Positions 33,128-42,491 of a stretch of DNA of 64,000 nucleotides are shown here, in pieces. Every line of letters begins with the position of its first letter. The stretch's first letter is position 1. The translations under genes were made by a program, and so were the position numbers. Source of the DNA: a virus; the IMG/VR virus record IMGVR_UViG_3300035703_000034, positions 1 to 64,000 of that record. One strand, 5' to 3'. The notes beneath the pieces are model-generated. The model was given only the letters and a program-made list of their open reading frames with translations. It was not told the origin of the DNA and did no database searches.

Positions 33128-33884
33128 CCTGCTCGCCGACGATCGGCTTGTAAGGCGCGAAGATCTCGAAGGTGCGGTTGCCGAGGTAGTCCCACGCGCC
33201 GTCCGGCAGCTCGAACGAGCCGCTGATGAACAGCCGCGGGGCCGTCGACGTGTCGACGTCCTGGCTCACGGTGAAGGTGCCGTTGCCGTCCGTGCCGTCC
33301 GAGCCGTCCACCACGCCCGTCGCCACCTCGGCCTGCATCAGCTGCAGCCCGGGGTTGATCTCCGTGATGGTCGAGCCGTCGTCCGACCCGAGCTGGAACT
33401 CGATCACCTTGATGCGCTCGCCGCCCTCGCGCGGCACCGCGAACTCGATCTCCGTGTCGGAGAGCTCCGTGAAGTTGTCGATCAGCACCCCGCCCGACCA
33501 CACCATCAAGGTGCTGCGGCCCATCACGTAGGGCTCCGGCAGCTCGAAGATGGTCTGGCCCGCCTCCGCGATCAGCACGGGGTGGTTCTTGATGCGCGGC
33601 GTCAACCGGTCGAGCGCCGCGAGGTCGGCCTTGAGCTGCAGGTACCCTTCCTGCCCGGTGTTGCCGCCGCCCGTGACGTTCAGGTCGCCGATCACCGTCA
33701 GGCCGCCGACGATCTGGAAGTTCTCGCCGACCTCGAGCACGCCCTGGTCGTTCAGGCGCACCAGCTTGCCGGCGGCACCCGACTGACCGGCCTCGCCGGG
33801 GTCGGCGACCTTCACGCCGTGGACCTCGGTCGTCGAGCCCATCCGGCGCTGGATGTGGTTGAGCAGGCGCGTCAGCAGCGACAT
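33096..33884 (-). CDS. Virion structural protein (fibre/baseplate-type beta repeats)
   Basis: 'AEAGQTIFELP...LMVWSGGVLI.NFTE' repeat type, also seen in 61796-63319. Confidence 0.55.
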   Translation of the reverse strand: MSLLTRLLNHIQRRMGSTTEVHGVKVADPGEAGQSGAAGKLVRLNDQGVLEVGENFQIVGGLTVIGDLNVTGGGNTGQEGYLQLKADLAALDRLTPRIKNHPVLIAEAGQTIFELPEPYVMGRSTLMVWSGGVLIDNFTELSDTEIEFAVPREGGERIKVIEFQLGSDDGSTITEINPGLQLMQAEVATGVVDGSDGTDGNGTFTVSQDVDTSTAPRLFISGSFELPDGAWDYLGNRTFEIFAPYKPIVGEQVTIFYRPSGL

Positions 33885-34351
33885 CAGAGCACCACCGTCC
33901 GGGTCACGGCGACCAGCGCGTCGCTCTCGTCATCCGCGTAGGCGTAGGTCTCCGTCGCCGTGCCCGCGTTGGTCTGCACCGCCTTGCTCGCGATGCGGTT
34001 GACGGCGTCGTAGGCGAACGTCGTGATGCTCACCGGCGTGCCGTCCACGAAGTCCGTGATCGTCGCGACGTTGCCCGCGCCGTTGTAGTCCCACTCGCTG
34101 CTGCGCGTGTCGATGCGCAGCGGGACGCCCCGGAACAAGACGGCCGCGTCGTCCGCGGCGCCCGCCACCAGGCGACCGTTCACGCGCAGCTCGCGCACCT
34201 GCACGTGCTCGTCGGCGTACAGGATCTCGCCCGCCTCGGGCAGCGTGCCGCCCTCGCGCTCCGCCAGGACGAGGCTGCGCAGGTCGAGCAACCTGAAGCC
34301 TTGCAGCGAGAGGTCCTCGTCGATAATCAGTTGCCGCGTGCGGATGGGCAT
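33884..34351 (-). CDS. Hypothetical protein with YD-like beta-hairpin C-terminus
   Basis: 'WDYNGAGNV...FAYDAVNRI...YAYAD'. Translationally coupled to the next gene. Confidence 0.55.
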   Translation of the reverse strand: MPIRTRQLIIDEDLSLQGFRLLDLRSLVLAEREGGTLPEAGEILYADEHVQVRELRVNGRLVAGAADDAAVLFRGVPLRIDTRSSEWDYNGAGNVATITDFVDGTPVSITTFAYDAVNRIASKAVQTNAGTATETYAYADDESDALVAVTRTVVL

Positions 34352-34415
34352 CGCTTGTCCTCGCCAGGGATCCTGTTAGGATCATACGCCGGTCGGCCCA
34401 GTTAGCCCCACGCAC

Positions 34416-34886
34416 TCATTCCATGGTCACGCGCTGCAGCACGACGGCCCGCTTCAGGTAGCCCCCCGGCGCCACCGTCACGATCAGCTGCAAGTTGTCC
34501 GTGATGAGCGGCAGCTGGTGGGGCCCGAACTCGGCCGGGGCCTTGTCCGGGTACGTCTTGCGCAGCTTCCAGCTAACGCCCTCGCCCTCGAGCAGCACGC
34601 CTTCGACGCGCAGCGCCCACGGGTACTCGCAAACCGCGAACGAGGCCGTGCCGCTCAGCGTGCCCGGGGGCGCGTGAGGCGCGACCACCAAACGGTCGTC
34701 CGCGAGCTCGAGGTGGTCGAGCGCCGCGACGTCCTCGCCGAGGCCGAACAGCTCGAAGCGCTGGTCCGACAGCACGTCGATGAGCGCGAGCGTCGTCTTG
34801 AAGTTCTCCTTGGTCAGCCGCATGGCGTGCTCGGCGTGCACGAGGGCGTTGCGCATGTTCAGCTGGAACGCGCGAAAAAACGACAT
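34416..34886 (-). CDS. Hypothetical protein
   Basis: AGGAG RBS and good codon bias. Confidence 0.6.
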   Translation of the reverse strand: MSFFRAFQLNMRNALVHAEHAMRLTKENFKTTLALIDVLSDQRFELFGLGEDVAALDHLELADDRLVVAPHAPPGTLSGTASFAVCEYPWALRVEGVLLEGEGVSWKLRKTYPDKAPAEFGPHQLPLITDNLQLIVTVAPGGYLKRAVVLQRVTME

Positions 34887-34895
34887 GGCGATCTC

Positions 34896-35546
34896 CTACT
34901 GGTTGAAACTGAACCGGGGTGGCTCGGGCGGCTCCGGCGGCCGCGGCCCCTGCGCCGGCCGGGGCGCCTGGGGCGGACGCGGGGCCTGGGGCGGCCGGGG
35001 CGCGGGCGGCTGCGCCGGACCCCTGATGGAATCCACCAAACCCTTGCCCATCTCGATGGGGAGCATGGCGGTGCCACCCCACATCAAGGCGCGCTGCGCC
35101 GTGATCTTGCGGCCCGCGCGGGTGTCGAACGCGCCCGACCCTGCCACCCCGCCGCGATCGCCCAGCATCGGCACGCCGCTCAGCTTGCGGCCGTCGTAGG
35201 TCCCGATGGACGGCCCCTTGTTGAGGAAGTCCCGGAACCACACGTCGGCCTTTGAGCCCAGCCGGCGCAGGCCGCCGCTCTCGGCCATGTACTCGCCCGA
35301 GCCGCCCCACTGCTTGAGCTTGCCGCCGGCCGTCTGCAGCCCCTTGATCTTGAAGAAGTTGCCGACGCCGGAGGCCGCGCGCCCGGCGCCGTGCAACGCG
35401 TGCCCGGCCATCCCGATCAGCGCCGGCAGCCCGGCGGCCGTCGACACGCCGGAAGCGAGGCCCGCGAGGGCGCCGAGCACGGCCGCCTTCTCCATGTCGT
35501 TCTCGCAGGCCTGCAGCTGCATGTAGACTCGGTACGCACCCGGCAC
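34896..35546 (-). CDS. Gly-rich membrane-associated protein, KxA family, Pro-rich tail
   Basis: 'MEKAA' followed by a glycine-zipper helix. C-terminal (PQAPRP)n repeats. Confidence 0.6.
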   Translation of the reverse strand: MPGAYRVYMQLQACENDMEKAAVLGALAGLASGVSTAAGLPALIGMAGHALHGAGRAASGVGNFFKIKGLQTAGGKLKQWGGSGEYMAESGGLRRLGSKADVWFRDFLNKGPSIGTYDGRKLSGVPMLGDRGGVAGSGAFDTRAGRKITAQRALMWGGTAMLPIEMGKGLVDSIRGPAQPPAPRPPQAPRPPQAPRPAQGPRPPEPPEPPRFSFNQ

Positions 35547-35555
35547 AGGGCCTCC

Positions 35556-36635
35556 TCAGACGTGGTGGAAGCGCGTCATCTTCCAGAGCCGCTGCCAGAG
35601 CAGCACCGTCAAGCGATCGTTGAGCTCGAAGCGATCGGCGTGACCGCCGCGCAGCCACACCGCCGGCAACGCACCGAGCGAATTATATGCCCAGTCGACG
35701 AGATCACACCCGCCGCGCTGCTGGAGCCACCAGCCGGCAAACGCCTCCGGCAGCGCCGGCAGCGGCACCGGCGCCCCGTCGCGGGGGTGAACGACGAGCT
35801 GCTGCGCGTGCCGCACCTCGGCCACGGCCTCGGCGAGCGCGGCGTCGAGCTGTCCGATAAACGCCCCCTGCTCGTCCCAGCCCTCCGGCACGGGCACCAG
35901 CCAGCTGCGCAGCGGCACGCCGAGCTCCTTCTCCAGCCACTGCAGCAGGGCCACCTGCTCGAGCGGCGGCAGCACCGACAGCAGGCTGCGCACCTCGCTG
36001 GCGATCGCCTCGCGGGAGCGGGTGCTCTTGAGCAGCGCCACGATGCGCTTGGCGATGTCCGCCTGGACCCGCTCGTCCGGCGCGACGACGTGGAAGCCCT
36101 CCGCCACCAGCTGCGCCATGTGCACGAGCCACGTCACGTCGTCGCTCGCCAGGCGCACCTGCCGCGTGCTGAAGGTCAGGCGCCGCAGCGTCTCGGGGCA
36201 CAGCTGCAGGCAGGCGACCGCCGCCGGGTCGGTGCAGACGCGCCACTCGTCGTCCGTGAGCACGACAAACGGTCGCTTGACGTCGAGCCGGTGGCCGCCG
36301 AACAGCCCCGTGCGGTGATCGCGATCCCGCCCGCGGCCGTACACGTACGCGCGCCCCGGCCCGAGGTGCGTGTCGCTCTCGAGCTCCCGGACCGTCGCGA
36401 AGCCGGGGACATGGCGGCTCGTGTAGGGGAACACCAGCCCGCTCGTGTCCGGCAGGCGCGCGAAGAAGCGCGCCGAGCATGCGCGCTCAAACGTGCCCTT
36501 GCTCGGGTAGAAGCCCAGCCCCAGCTGCGCGCGATCGGGCACGGTGACGAGCTGGTCGAGCGCGAGGGCGAGCGCCTCGTCGCGCGCCGCCTCGAGCCAG
36601 GGGCCGAGGTCCTTGACCTTGGGGTCAGCCGGCAT
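35556..36635 (-). CDS. Degenerate DnaG-primase-like protein
   Basis: 'LGLGFYP', 'LVFPY...GFATVREL', 'GLFG', 'VVLTDD' weakly resemble the primase N-terminal/TOPRIM region. Confidence 0.35.
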   Translation of the reverse strand: MPADPKVKDLGPWLEAARDEALALALDQLVTVPDRAQLGLGFYPSKGTFERACSARFFARLPDTSGLVFPYTSRHVPGFATVRELESDTHLGPGRAYVYGRGRDRDHRTGLFGGHRLDVKRPFVVLTDDEWRVCTDPAAVACLQLCPETLRRLTFSTRQVRLASDDVTWLVHMAQLVAEGFHVVAPDERVQADIAKRIVALLKSTRSREAIASEVRSLLSVLPPLEQVALLQWLEKELGVPLRSWLVPVPEGWDEQGAFIGQLDAALAEAVAEVRHAQQLVVHPRDGAPVPLPALPEAFAGWWLQQRGGCDLVDWAYNSLGALPAVWLRGGHADRFELNDRLTVLLWQRLWKMTRFHHV

Positions 36636-37290
36636 GGAACTGGTGCAGCGTCAGCTTCGGGTCGATCGGCGGGGCCTGGTGCAGCGCCTGGCGCCGGGCC
36701 TCCATCAGGTAGTGGGCGCGGTGCGCGCCCTCCGCGAGCTGCCCGAGGCTCGCGCCGGCCGTCATGGCGTAGACGGGCGTGTGCGGACCGAAGCGCTGGC
36801 GCATCGCGATGCCGAGCGCCGCCCCGGCCAGCGCCCCGCCCCAGGTGCCGGGGTGGACCGTGACGAGGAACGGGTTCTCGTTGACGTAGCGGCGCTCCAG
36901 CGCGTGGTCCGCGAAGGCGCCCGACACCGGCGGCGTGACGGCGATGAACTCGAGCGGGACGTTGCTGGCCTGCTTCTGCTGCCCGATCAGGTGGTAGTAG
37001 CGGTGCAGGCCCTCGAGCCCCATGCCCGTCGCCAGGCCCACGCCCATGCCCACCAGCGGGTGGCCGCCCGCCAGCTGGCCGAGGCCGGCGCCTACCAGCC
37101 CGCCGCCGTACGCGACCGGGTGCAGCATGCTCATCACCGGGTGCTTGGTCTGGTAGTCGGCCTCGAGCCGATCGTCGTGAAACCGCTCGCCCGGCATGTG
37201 CCAGTCCGTGATCCAGGCCGCCTCCGGCATGGCGCTGGCGAGCTTTGAAAGCGCCGGGTGGATAATCGAAGTGGAAGGTCCAGGACGCAT
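36625..37290 (-). CDS. Glycine-zipper membrane protein, KxA/HP-module family (start uncertain, 37230 alternative)
   Basis: Two GxxxG hairpins, 'SKLAS', 'QKQAS', 'ENPFLVTVHPG'. Confidence 0.6.
   Translation of the reverse strand: MRPGPSTSIIHPALSKLASAMPEAAWITDWHMPGERFHDDRLEADYQTKHPVMSMLHPVAYGGGLVGAGLGQLAGGHPLVGMGVGLATGMGLEGLHRYYHLIGQQKQASNVPLEFIAVTPPVSGAFADHALERRYVNENPFLVTVHPGTWGGALAGAALGIAMRQRFGPHTPVYAMTAGASLGQLAEGAHRAHYLMEARRQALHQAPPIDPKLTLHQFHAG
37259..37267 (+). promoter_or_regulatory. Putative promoter motif variant TGGATAATC
   Basis: About 20 nt upstream of ATG 37289, with an upstream GCTTT as in other copies. Confidence 0.35.
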
Positions 37291-37690
37291 GGCAGGCATC
37301 ATTTCTTTGGAAACCTCGGTCTCGCTGGCGGCCGGCTACGGCCGCATGACGGCGTCGGTGCGGGACGCGGACGACGTGCTGCTCGCCGAGCAGCATGGCC
37401 CCACCTCGACCAACCCACTCTTATCATCCCTCGAAGCCGCCGTTTGGGGCCTGCAGCTCGTGGCCCGCCGCGGCGACACGGAGGTCGTCCACTGGGTCGA
37501 CAGCCAGGCGCTTGCCGATCGCCTGTCGCGCGCGCCGCGGCCGGGCGATCAGGGCGGCGAGCTGGTGAACGCTTACCGATCGCTGGCCGGTCGGATCGGG
37601 CGCGTGCGCGTGCTGAAGCGCCCGCATGCGGGGTTGCAGGATTTTGTCGCCCGCAAGGCCGCCGAGTCGGTCGACGGGGTGGTTGGCTAG
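37289..37690 (+). CDS. RNase HI-like fold protein, probably degenerate
   Basis: 'STN...LEAAVWGL', 'WVDSQAL', 'QDFVARKA' match the RNase HI layout. The first catalytic Asp appears replaced ('LETSV'). Confidence 0.5.
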   Translation: MAGIISLETSVSLAAGYGRMTASVRDADDVLLAEQHGPTSTNPLLSSLEAAVWGLQLVARRGDTEVVHWVDSQALADRLSRAPRPGDQGGELVNAYRSLAGRIGRVRVLKRPHAGLQDFVARKAAESVDGVVG

Positions 37691-37701
37691 AAAGGAAGCC
37701 C

Positions 37702-37830
37702 ATGCAGAAAACCGGTGTGCTCCAGTGCCCCCAGTGCCACAGCCGGGAGGTCATCCTCACGGAAGAGGAACGTGGCGAACAGGTCGTGGTCTGCGCCGAC
37801 TGCGACCACGAGTGGGTGCTGCCCGTCTAG
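37702..37830 (+). CDS. Small Zn-ribbon protein
   Basis: 'CPQCHS...CADCDHEW', with an AAGGA RBS. Confidence 0.6.
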   Translation: MQKTGVLQCPQCHSREVILTEEERGEQVVVCADCDHEWVLPV

Positions 37831-39395
37831 TAGCGCATCCCGCCCGTCTGCGCGAGGTGCAGCAGCATGTTGGCGTAGACGCATGTGTGCATGAAGTCGT
37901 CGGGGCTGTCCTCGGGGTGGTCGTACTTGAACTTGTCGTTGTTGTTGCGGTCGTCCAGGCGCTCCTCGAAGATGCACAGGATGTCCGAGGCGTAGTGGCG
38001 GAACTGGTTCCACTCCGGGAACCAGAACTGCTTCCTGCGCATCTTCACGAACGTCTCCGTCATCGCCTGCGTGCGGTTCGTCTTGTAGATCTGGGCCTTG
38101 TCGTCCCAGCGCACCATCTCGTGCTGCTCGCTCACGTACATGAACCGCTGGACCGGCCGCCGCAGCTTCTGCTCGAGCAGCCGGCTCTGCGCCACGCCCG
38201 CGCCCCAGTCGGCCCCCACCATGTCGACGGTGAACATCGTGCAGTACGACGCGATCTCGTCGACCTGCTTGAGCACGTCCGGCTCCAGGAACCGCTTGGC
38301 GAAGATGAGCCGCAGCCGGTTATCGACCGTCAAGCCGAAGATCGAGAGCACGGTGTAGCTGCGGCGGGCCGTCAGCCCCCAGTCGATGCCCGCCATCAGG
38401 AAGTGGTACTGCATGTCGTCGGGGATGAGCTGCTCCATCAGCTGGTAGCCGGGGTCGCAGCAGGCCTTGAGGTCGTCCTCCGAGAGCAACGTGACGCCGG
38501 AGCCCGCCGACACGCCCATCACCTCGTTCAGGAACGTGTTCGGGTCGCTGCCGCCGTGGTACTTGCGCAGGATCTCCTGCCACTTGCCCGCGTCCTCCGT
38601 GTGCATCGGCAGCACGATTTGCGGGATGCGGAAGCCCGACCAGGCCTTGTCCGCGTGCCCGGCCGTCGCGTACCAGCGCCCCTGCCGGACGTCGCACACG
38701 GCCTTGCACGACTTGCACGTGAAGCCCCGATCGCCGATGTTGTCGGTGGACGGCAGGTTCCAGTGGCCGCTCGGGCACGGCACCACCCACTCGCACATCG
38801 TGCTCTTGCGCCAGGTCTCCTCCAGCGTGTTGCCGACCGTCTTGGCCGTGCCCGTGCGCATGACGAACTGCTTGGCGGAGGGCTGACCCGACATGACCTC
38901 CTCGATGATCGCCAGCTCATCGCCGACCATGTCCTGAATTTCGTCCTCGAAGACCCGGTTGGCGGACAGGCCGCGCAGGCTCTCCAGCTGCGAGGTCGCG
39001 CCGAAGTACATCACCGAGCCGTTGATAAACGATCGCTCACCGGTGTTGCGGCGGCAGTGGCTGTCGACGAACCAGCGCCGGATCTCCGGGCTGTCGTTGA
39101 TGAAGCTCGCCACACGCTGGTTGCTGAAGCGGCGCGACTGGATCAAAGACGGGTGGACCGTCAGGCTCTCCCAGTACGGCTCTCCGATGCCCTCGGAAAC
39201 CCCGAAAGCCGCAACAGCGGTCGATTTCGCGACTTGTCGGCCCGACAACACGACGATCTTGCGGCTGTCGATCTCGTAGATCGTCTGCCACGGTGGGTAG
39301 CTGTCGAGCGAGAAGGGTTTGCCCCGCAGCTGGAGCGTCCGCTCCGCGATGGTGCGTCGGTCCGTCTCGATGTGAATTTTCGATCCGGTTTCCAT
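37827..39395 (-). CDS. Terminase large subunit
   Basis: Walker A 'LSGRQVAKST', 'LRGLSA', Walker B 'VFEDEIQD', Zn-finger linker, nuclease 'AGIDWG' and 'PDDFMH'. Confidence 0.88.
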   Translation of the reverse strand: METGSKIHIETDRRTIAERTLQLRGKPFSLDSYPPWQTIYEIDSRKIVVLSGRQVAKSTAVAAFGVSEGIGEPYWESLTVHPSLIQSRRFSNQRVASFINDSPEIRRWFVDSHCRRNTGERSFINGSVMYFGATSQLESLRGLSANRVFEDEIQDMVGDELAIIEEVMSGQPSAKQFVMRTGTAKTVGNTLEETWRKSTMCEWVVPCPSGHWNLPSTDNIGDRGFTCKSCKAVCDVRQGRWYATAGHADKAWSGFRIPQIVLPMHTEDAGKWQEILRKYHGGSDPNTFLNEVMGVSAGSGVTLLSEDDLKACCDPGYQLMEQLIPDDMQYHFLMAGIDWGLTARRSYTVLSIFGLTVDNRLRLIFAKRFLEPDVLKQVDEIASYCTMFTVDMVGADWGAGVAQSRLLEQKLRRPVQRFMYVSEQHEMVRWDDKAQIYKTNRTQAMTETFVKMRRKQFWFPEWNQFRHYASDILCIFEERLDDRNNNDKFKYDHPEDSPDDFMHTCVYANMLLHLAQTGGMRY

Positions 39396-39462
39396 TCATG
39401 TACCTGCTGGTGATAGTGTAGCACTAGAGCTTTTGCAGAGCGCTTTCACAAAGGAGTCGTCC

Positions 39463-39840
39463 ATGGCCACCGGCTACGTGCTGCCTCAACGCGTCTACGG
39501 CAACGATCTGCCCATCGAGCTGACCCTGAAGGGCATGCTCTACAAGGGCGAGCTGATCCCCTACACCGCCATCAAGCACATCAAAGGCAGCGACTACGAG
39601 CTGACCTTCAGCTTCCACGAGCAAGACGGCGAGACGCGCCCGGACATCGTGGTCGAGGTCGAGGACCAGTCCTCGCACCAGCTGTTCAACATCCCGACGT
39701 TCATCTCGAAGCACCTGCGCCAGACGGGCCTGGCGGTGTACGACGAGTCGAACCCCCAGACGCGCGGGGACGTGATCCTCAACGCACCCACCTACGACTT
39801 CTCGCGCATCCGGAACGGCGACACCGCCTTCCGCTCGTAG
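39463..39840 (+). CDS. Hypothetical protein
   Basis: AAGGAG RBS, divergent from the terminase gene. Confidence 0.6.
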   Translation: MATGYVLPQRVYGNDLPIELTLKGMLYKGELIPYTAIKHIKGSDYELTFSFHEQDGETRPDIVVEVEDQSSHQLFNIPTFISKHLRQTGLAVYDESNPQTRGDVILNAPTYDFSRIRNGDTAFRS

Positions 39841-39867
39841 ACGCGCGGGGCGGTTTTGGCCGCGCGG

Positions 39868-39876
39868 TTGATAATT
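39868..39876 (+). promoter_or_regulatory. Putative phage promoter motif TTGATAATT
   Basis: Preceded by GGTTTT. Upstream of the AGGAG RBS of 39907. Confidence 0.6.
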
Positions 39877-39906
39877 CGGATGCCCCCCGCCTAGCAGGAG
39901 CATTCC

Positions 39907-40683
39907 ATGGATCGCAAACCGCAGCTGATGGCCGAGGCCGCCCAGCTCGTCGAGCGGCACCGCGCCGACGGCGGCAACCTGAACGAGCTGATCGCCAAGC
40001 ACGCCAACGACCAGGGCTACAGCGAGCAGCTCTGCAGCAGCCTCGTGTGGTGCGTCAACCGCCAGAGCTTCAAGCAAGCCATGGCGCTCGACCAGCACGA
40101 CGAGCCGTCGATTGCCGACCCCGTCGCCGTCAAGCGCGCCCGCACGCGACCGGTCGCCGCCAGCGCCGAGCCTGTCAAGCAGGCGTCTACCGCCTGGTTG
40201 CCGACCGTCAAGCGCGCCAACAGCCGGATGCAGGGCGGCATGGTCCACACCCGCGCCGAGGGCCCCGATCACGGGCCGGCGCTGCGCGCGCACCTGGACC
40301 GTGAAAAGCGGGCGGCGGACACGGGGCTCAAGCTCGCGAGCGCCCGGACGCGCATCACGCTCGAGGACATGCACCACCAGACCCGGCTCATCAAGCAAAT
40401 TGGGCTCGACAAGCAGGCGAGCTTTCAGCAGCAGCTCGCCGCGTGCGAGCCGCCGGTGCGCGCGCTGCTCGGTGCGCTGCTGGAGAAGTCCGCGTACCAG
40501 CCGACGCTGCACACCCGCCAGGACCTCACTTTGCTGGTGCCGGCGGCGCTCAACGACTTCGACCGGTTGAAGCAGGCGGCAGACAGCATCGTGCGCGTCG
40601 GCGACGCGGCGGCCGCGCTCGAGGAGCTCAAGGTCACCCTGGCCCAGGATCGCGAGGCGGTCTCGGGCGTTGTGAGGTTCTAA
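39907..40683 (+). CDS. KxA-saturated helical protein (putative prohead core/scaffold)
   Basis: 10 of 13 lysines are in K-x-A. Lies at the start of the head cluster. Confidence 0.6.
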   Translation: MDRKPQLMAEAAQLVERHRADGGNLNELIAKHANDQGYSEQLCSSLVWCVNRQSFKQAMALDQHDEPSIADPVAVKRARTRPVAASAEPVKQASTAWLPTVKRANSRMQGGMVHTRAEGPDHGPALRAHLDREKRAADTGLKLASARTRITLEDMHHQTRLIKQIGLDKQASFQQQLAACEPPVRALLGALLEKSAYQPTLHTRQDLTLLVPAALNDFDRLKQAADSIVRVGDAAAALEELKVTLAQDREAVSGVVRF

Positions 40684-40685
40684 CC

Positions 40686-41111
40686 ATGCCTTTGCTGGAT
40701 TCGAACGCCAGACACTTCGTCCCGCAGACCGGCGTGAACCTGCTCAAGCCGATGCTGGCGGTCGGCGCGGCGGGCCTCGCAATCAGCGCCGGCGGCCAGC
40801 TCTGGAGCAACCTGCAGGTGCAGCGATCGTTCCAGACGATGCTGCAGCGCTACCCCGAGCTCCAGCGCGAGAACCCGACGCGGGTCAAGCAGCTCTTCGA
40901 GACCATCAGCAACGCGGCGCCCGACGTCGCGAAGGACCCGATGGTGGCGGGCTCGCTCATCAAGCGGATGCTGAACTACGACGGGATCGACCACGCGACC
41001 TACATGGAGCTGGTGTCGACTCAGGAGAAGATGACCAAGACGCGCCTGGCCCAGGTGACGCCGTTCACGTCGCTTGCTGGCCCGACCGTCGAGTTTGCAC
41101 GTCACTGGTAA
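40686..41111 (+). CDS. Hypothetical head-cluster protein with N-terminal hydrophobic helix
   Basis: ATG 40686 just after the upstream stop. 'APDVAKDPMVAGSLIKRM'. Confidence 0.6.
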   Translation: MPLLDSNARHFVPQTGVNLLKPMLAVGAAGLAISAGGQLWSNLQVQRSFQTMLQRYPELQRENPTRVKQLFETISNAAPDVAKDPMVAGSLIKRMLNYDGIDHATYMELVSTQEKMTKTRLAQVTPFTSLAGPTVEFARHW

Positions 41112-41142
41112 GGTTTCCGATCAGCGGCTTTTTCCAAAAGTG

Positions 41143-41151
41143 CTGATAATT
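41143..41151 (+). promoter_or_regulatory. Putative phage promoter motif CTGATAATT
   Basis: Preceded by GGCTTTTT. Upstream of an AGGAGG RBS. Confidence 0.65.
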
Positions 41152-41193
41152 CCACCGACTCATTGGACCCCCGATCAGGAGGAAGAAGACAAC

Positions 41194-42423
41194 ATGTCGA
41201 ACACTGCATGGGATATGTACCAGGCCATGATGAAGCAGTCCGCTGACGCCCTGGTGCCGGGCCAGGTGGGCATGGGGATGACCCCGGGGGTCACGGGCAT
41301 GCTGGACTCGGACCCGATGACGGCCAGCAACTCGGCCATCGCGGCCCAGCGCGCGGCGATGCAAGAAGCCGCCCTGCTCCACGCCAACGCCGACGCCGGC
41401 GCCGGCTACTCGACGCCCGCTCCTGGCACGAGCCCCTCGCTCCAGATGGCCGCGGACGTCAAGGCCGCATCCGTCGTCGACGAGGCCATCAAGTTCGCCG
41501 AGCACGTGTACCTGATGAACAAGCAGGCCGTAGCTTACGTGGAGGGGCCGACCGGCGCGGCCGCCGCGGACGTCGAGGCGGTTCTGCAAAACCGTGCGTT
41601 CTCGCGTCTCGGGGCGGATTACAAGTTTGAGCCCAAGGGCATGATGGCTCAGCTCAAGGCTGCTCCCGGCGCTTGGCTCGAAATGGCCAAGGGTAACCGC
41701 GGCCTGGGGCGGCAAGCGATGGCCATCGGCGGGCCGCTCGCGGCCGTGGGCGCACTCGGCTACGGTGGTTACCATATGATGCAGCCGCCGGCGCCCGAGA
41801 TGCTGCCTCCGGCGCCCGAGATGGAGCCGAAGGCCGCCTTCCAGCTGCCGTTCACCAACTACCACCTCGTGCACCGTCCCACGATGGGTCAGCGCGTGGA
41901 TCGCGCCGTCGAGTTCATGCGGGCCCAGGCGCAGAAGGTCAACAACCCGGCGGGCTACGTCGCGATGGGCGCCACCGGTCTCGCAGGCGCTGCGGGCGGA
42001 GCCTACATGATGGATCCTGAGATGGCGGCGATGAAGTCGGCCGCGGACACGGTGGTCTACGCCAACATGCTGAAGCGCGCGGCTGAGGAAGACGCCGCCG
42101 CGGCTGCGGCAGATGCCGCCAAGCCGGGCTTCATCGACAAGGCCAAGGGGTACTTGAACAGGGGCGTCAACGCGTACGACACGTTCTCGGCCGCGCACCC
42201 CCGCATGGTGCCTGCGGGCGCGCTCGCAGTCGGTGGTGCCGCCGGCTTCGGCGCGGCCCACTACATGGCCCACCAGGCGCAGCTCGCCCAGCAGGCGGCG
42301 GCGGCCGAGCAGGGCCTCGCGGCCCCGCAGAACGAGGCGATGGCCTACATGAAGGCCGCCGCGCTCAACGAGGCGGCCAACGCGGGTCAGCTGATGGCGC
42401 TCCGCCAGCTCGGCCTCGCCTGA
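41194..42423 (+). CDS. KxA-rich polyprotein-like protein with three Gly-rich hydrophobic segments
   Basis: 8 of 16 Lys are in K-x-A. Repeated 'G..A..GA.GYxM' hydrophobic segments. Confidence 0.65.
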   Translation: MSNTAWDMYQAMMKQSADALVPGQVGMGMTPGVTGMLDSDPMTASNSAIAAQRAAMQEAALLHANADAGAGYSTPAPGTSPSLQMAADVKAASVVDEAIKFAEHVYLMNKQAVAYVEGPTGAAAADVEAVLQNRAFSRLGADYKFEPKGMMAQLKAAPGAWLEMAKGNRGLGRQAMAIGGPLAAVGALGYGGYHMMQPPAPEMLPPAPEMEPKAAFQLPFTNYHLVHRPTMGQRVDRAVEFMRAQAQKVNNPAGYVAMGATGLAGAAGGAYMMDPEMAAMKSAADTVVYANMLKRAAEEDAAAAAADAAKPGFIDKAKGYLNRGVNAYDTFSAAHPRMVPAGALAVGGAAGFGAAHYMAHQAQLAQQAAAAEQGLAAPQNEAMAYMKAAALNEAANAGQLMALRQLGLA

Positions 42424-42438
42424 TACCGGTCTAAGTAA

Positions 42439-42480
42439 AAACGGCGCGAGGCGAGTAACGTCGGCTCGCGCCGTTTCTCT
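42439..42480 (+). terminator. Putative intrinsic terminator/hairpin
   Basis: AAACGGCGCGAG ... CTCGCGCCGTTT inverted repeat followed by CTCT. Confidence 0.55.
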
Positions 42481-42491
42481 AGGAGGCTGCC

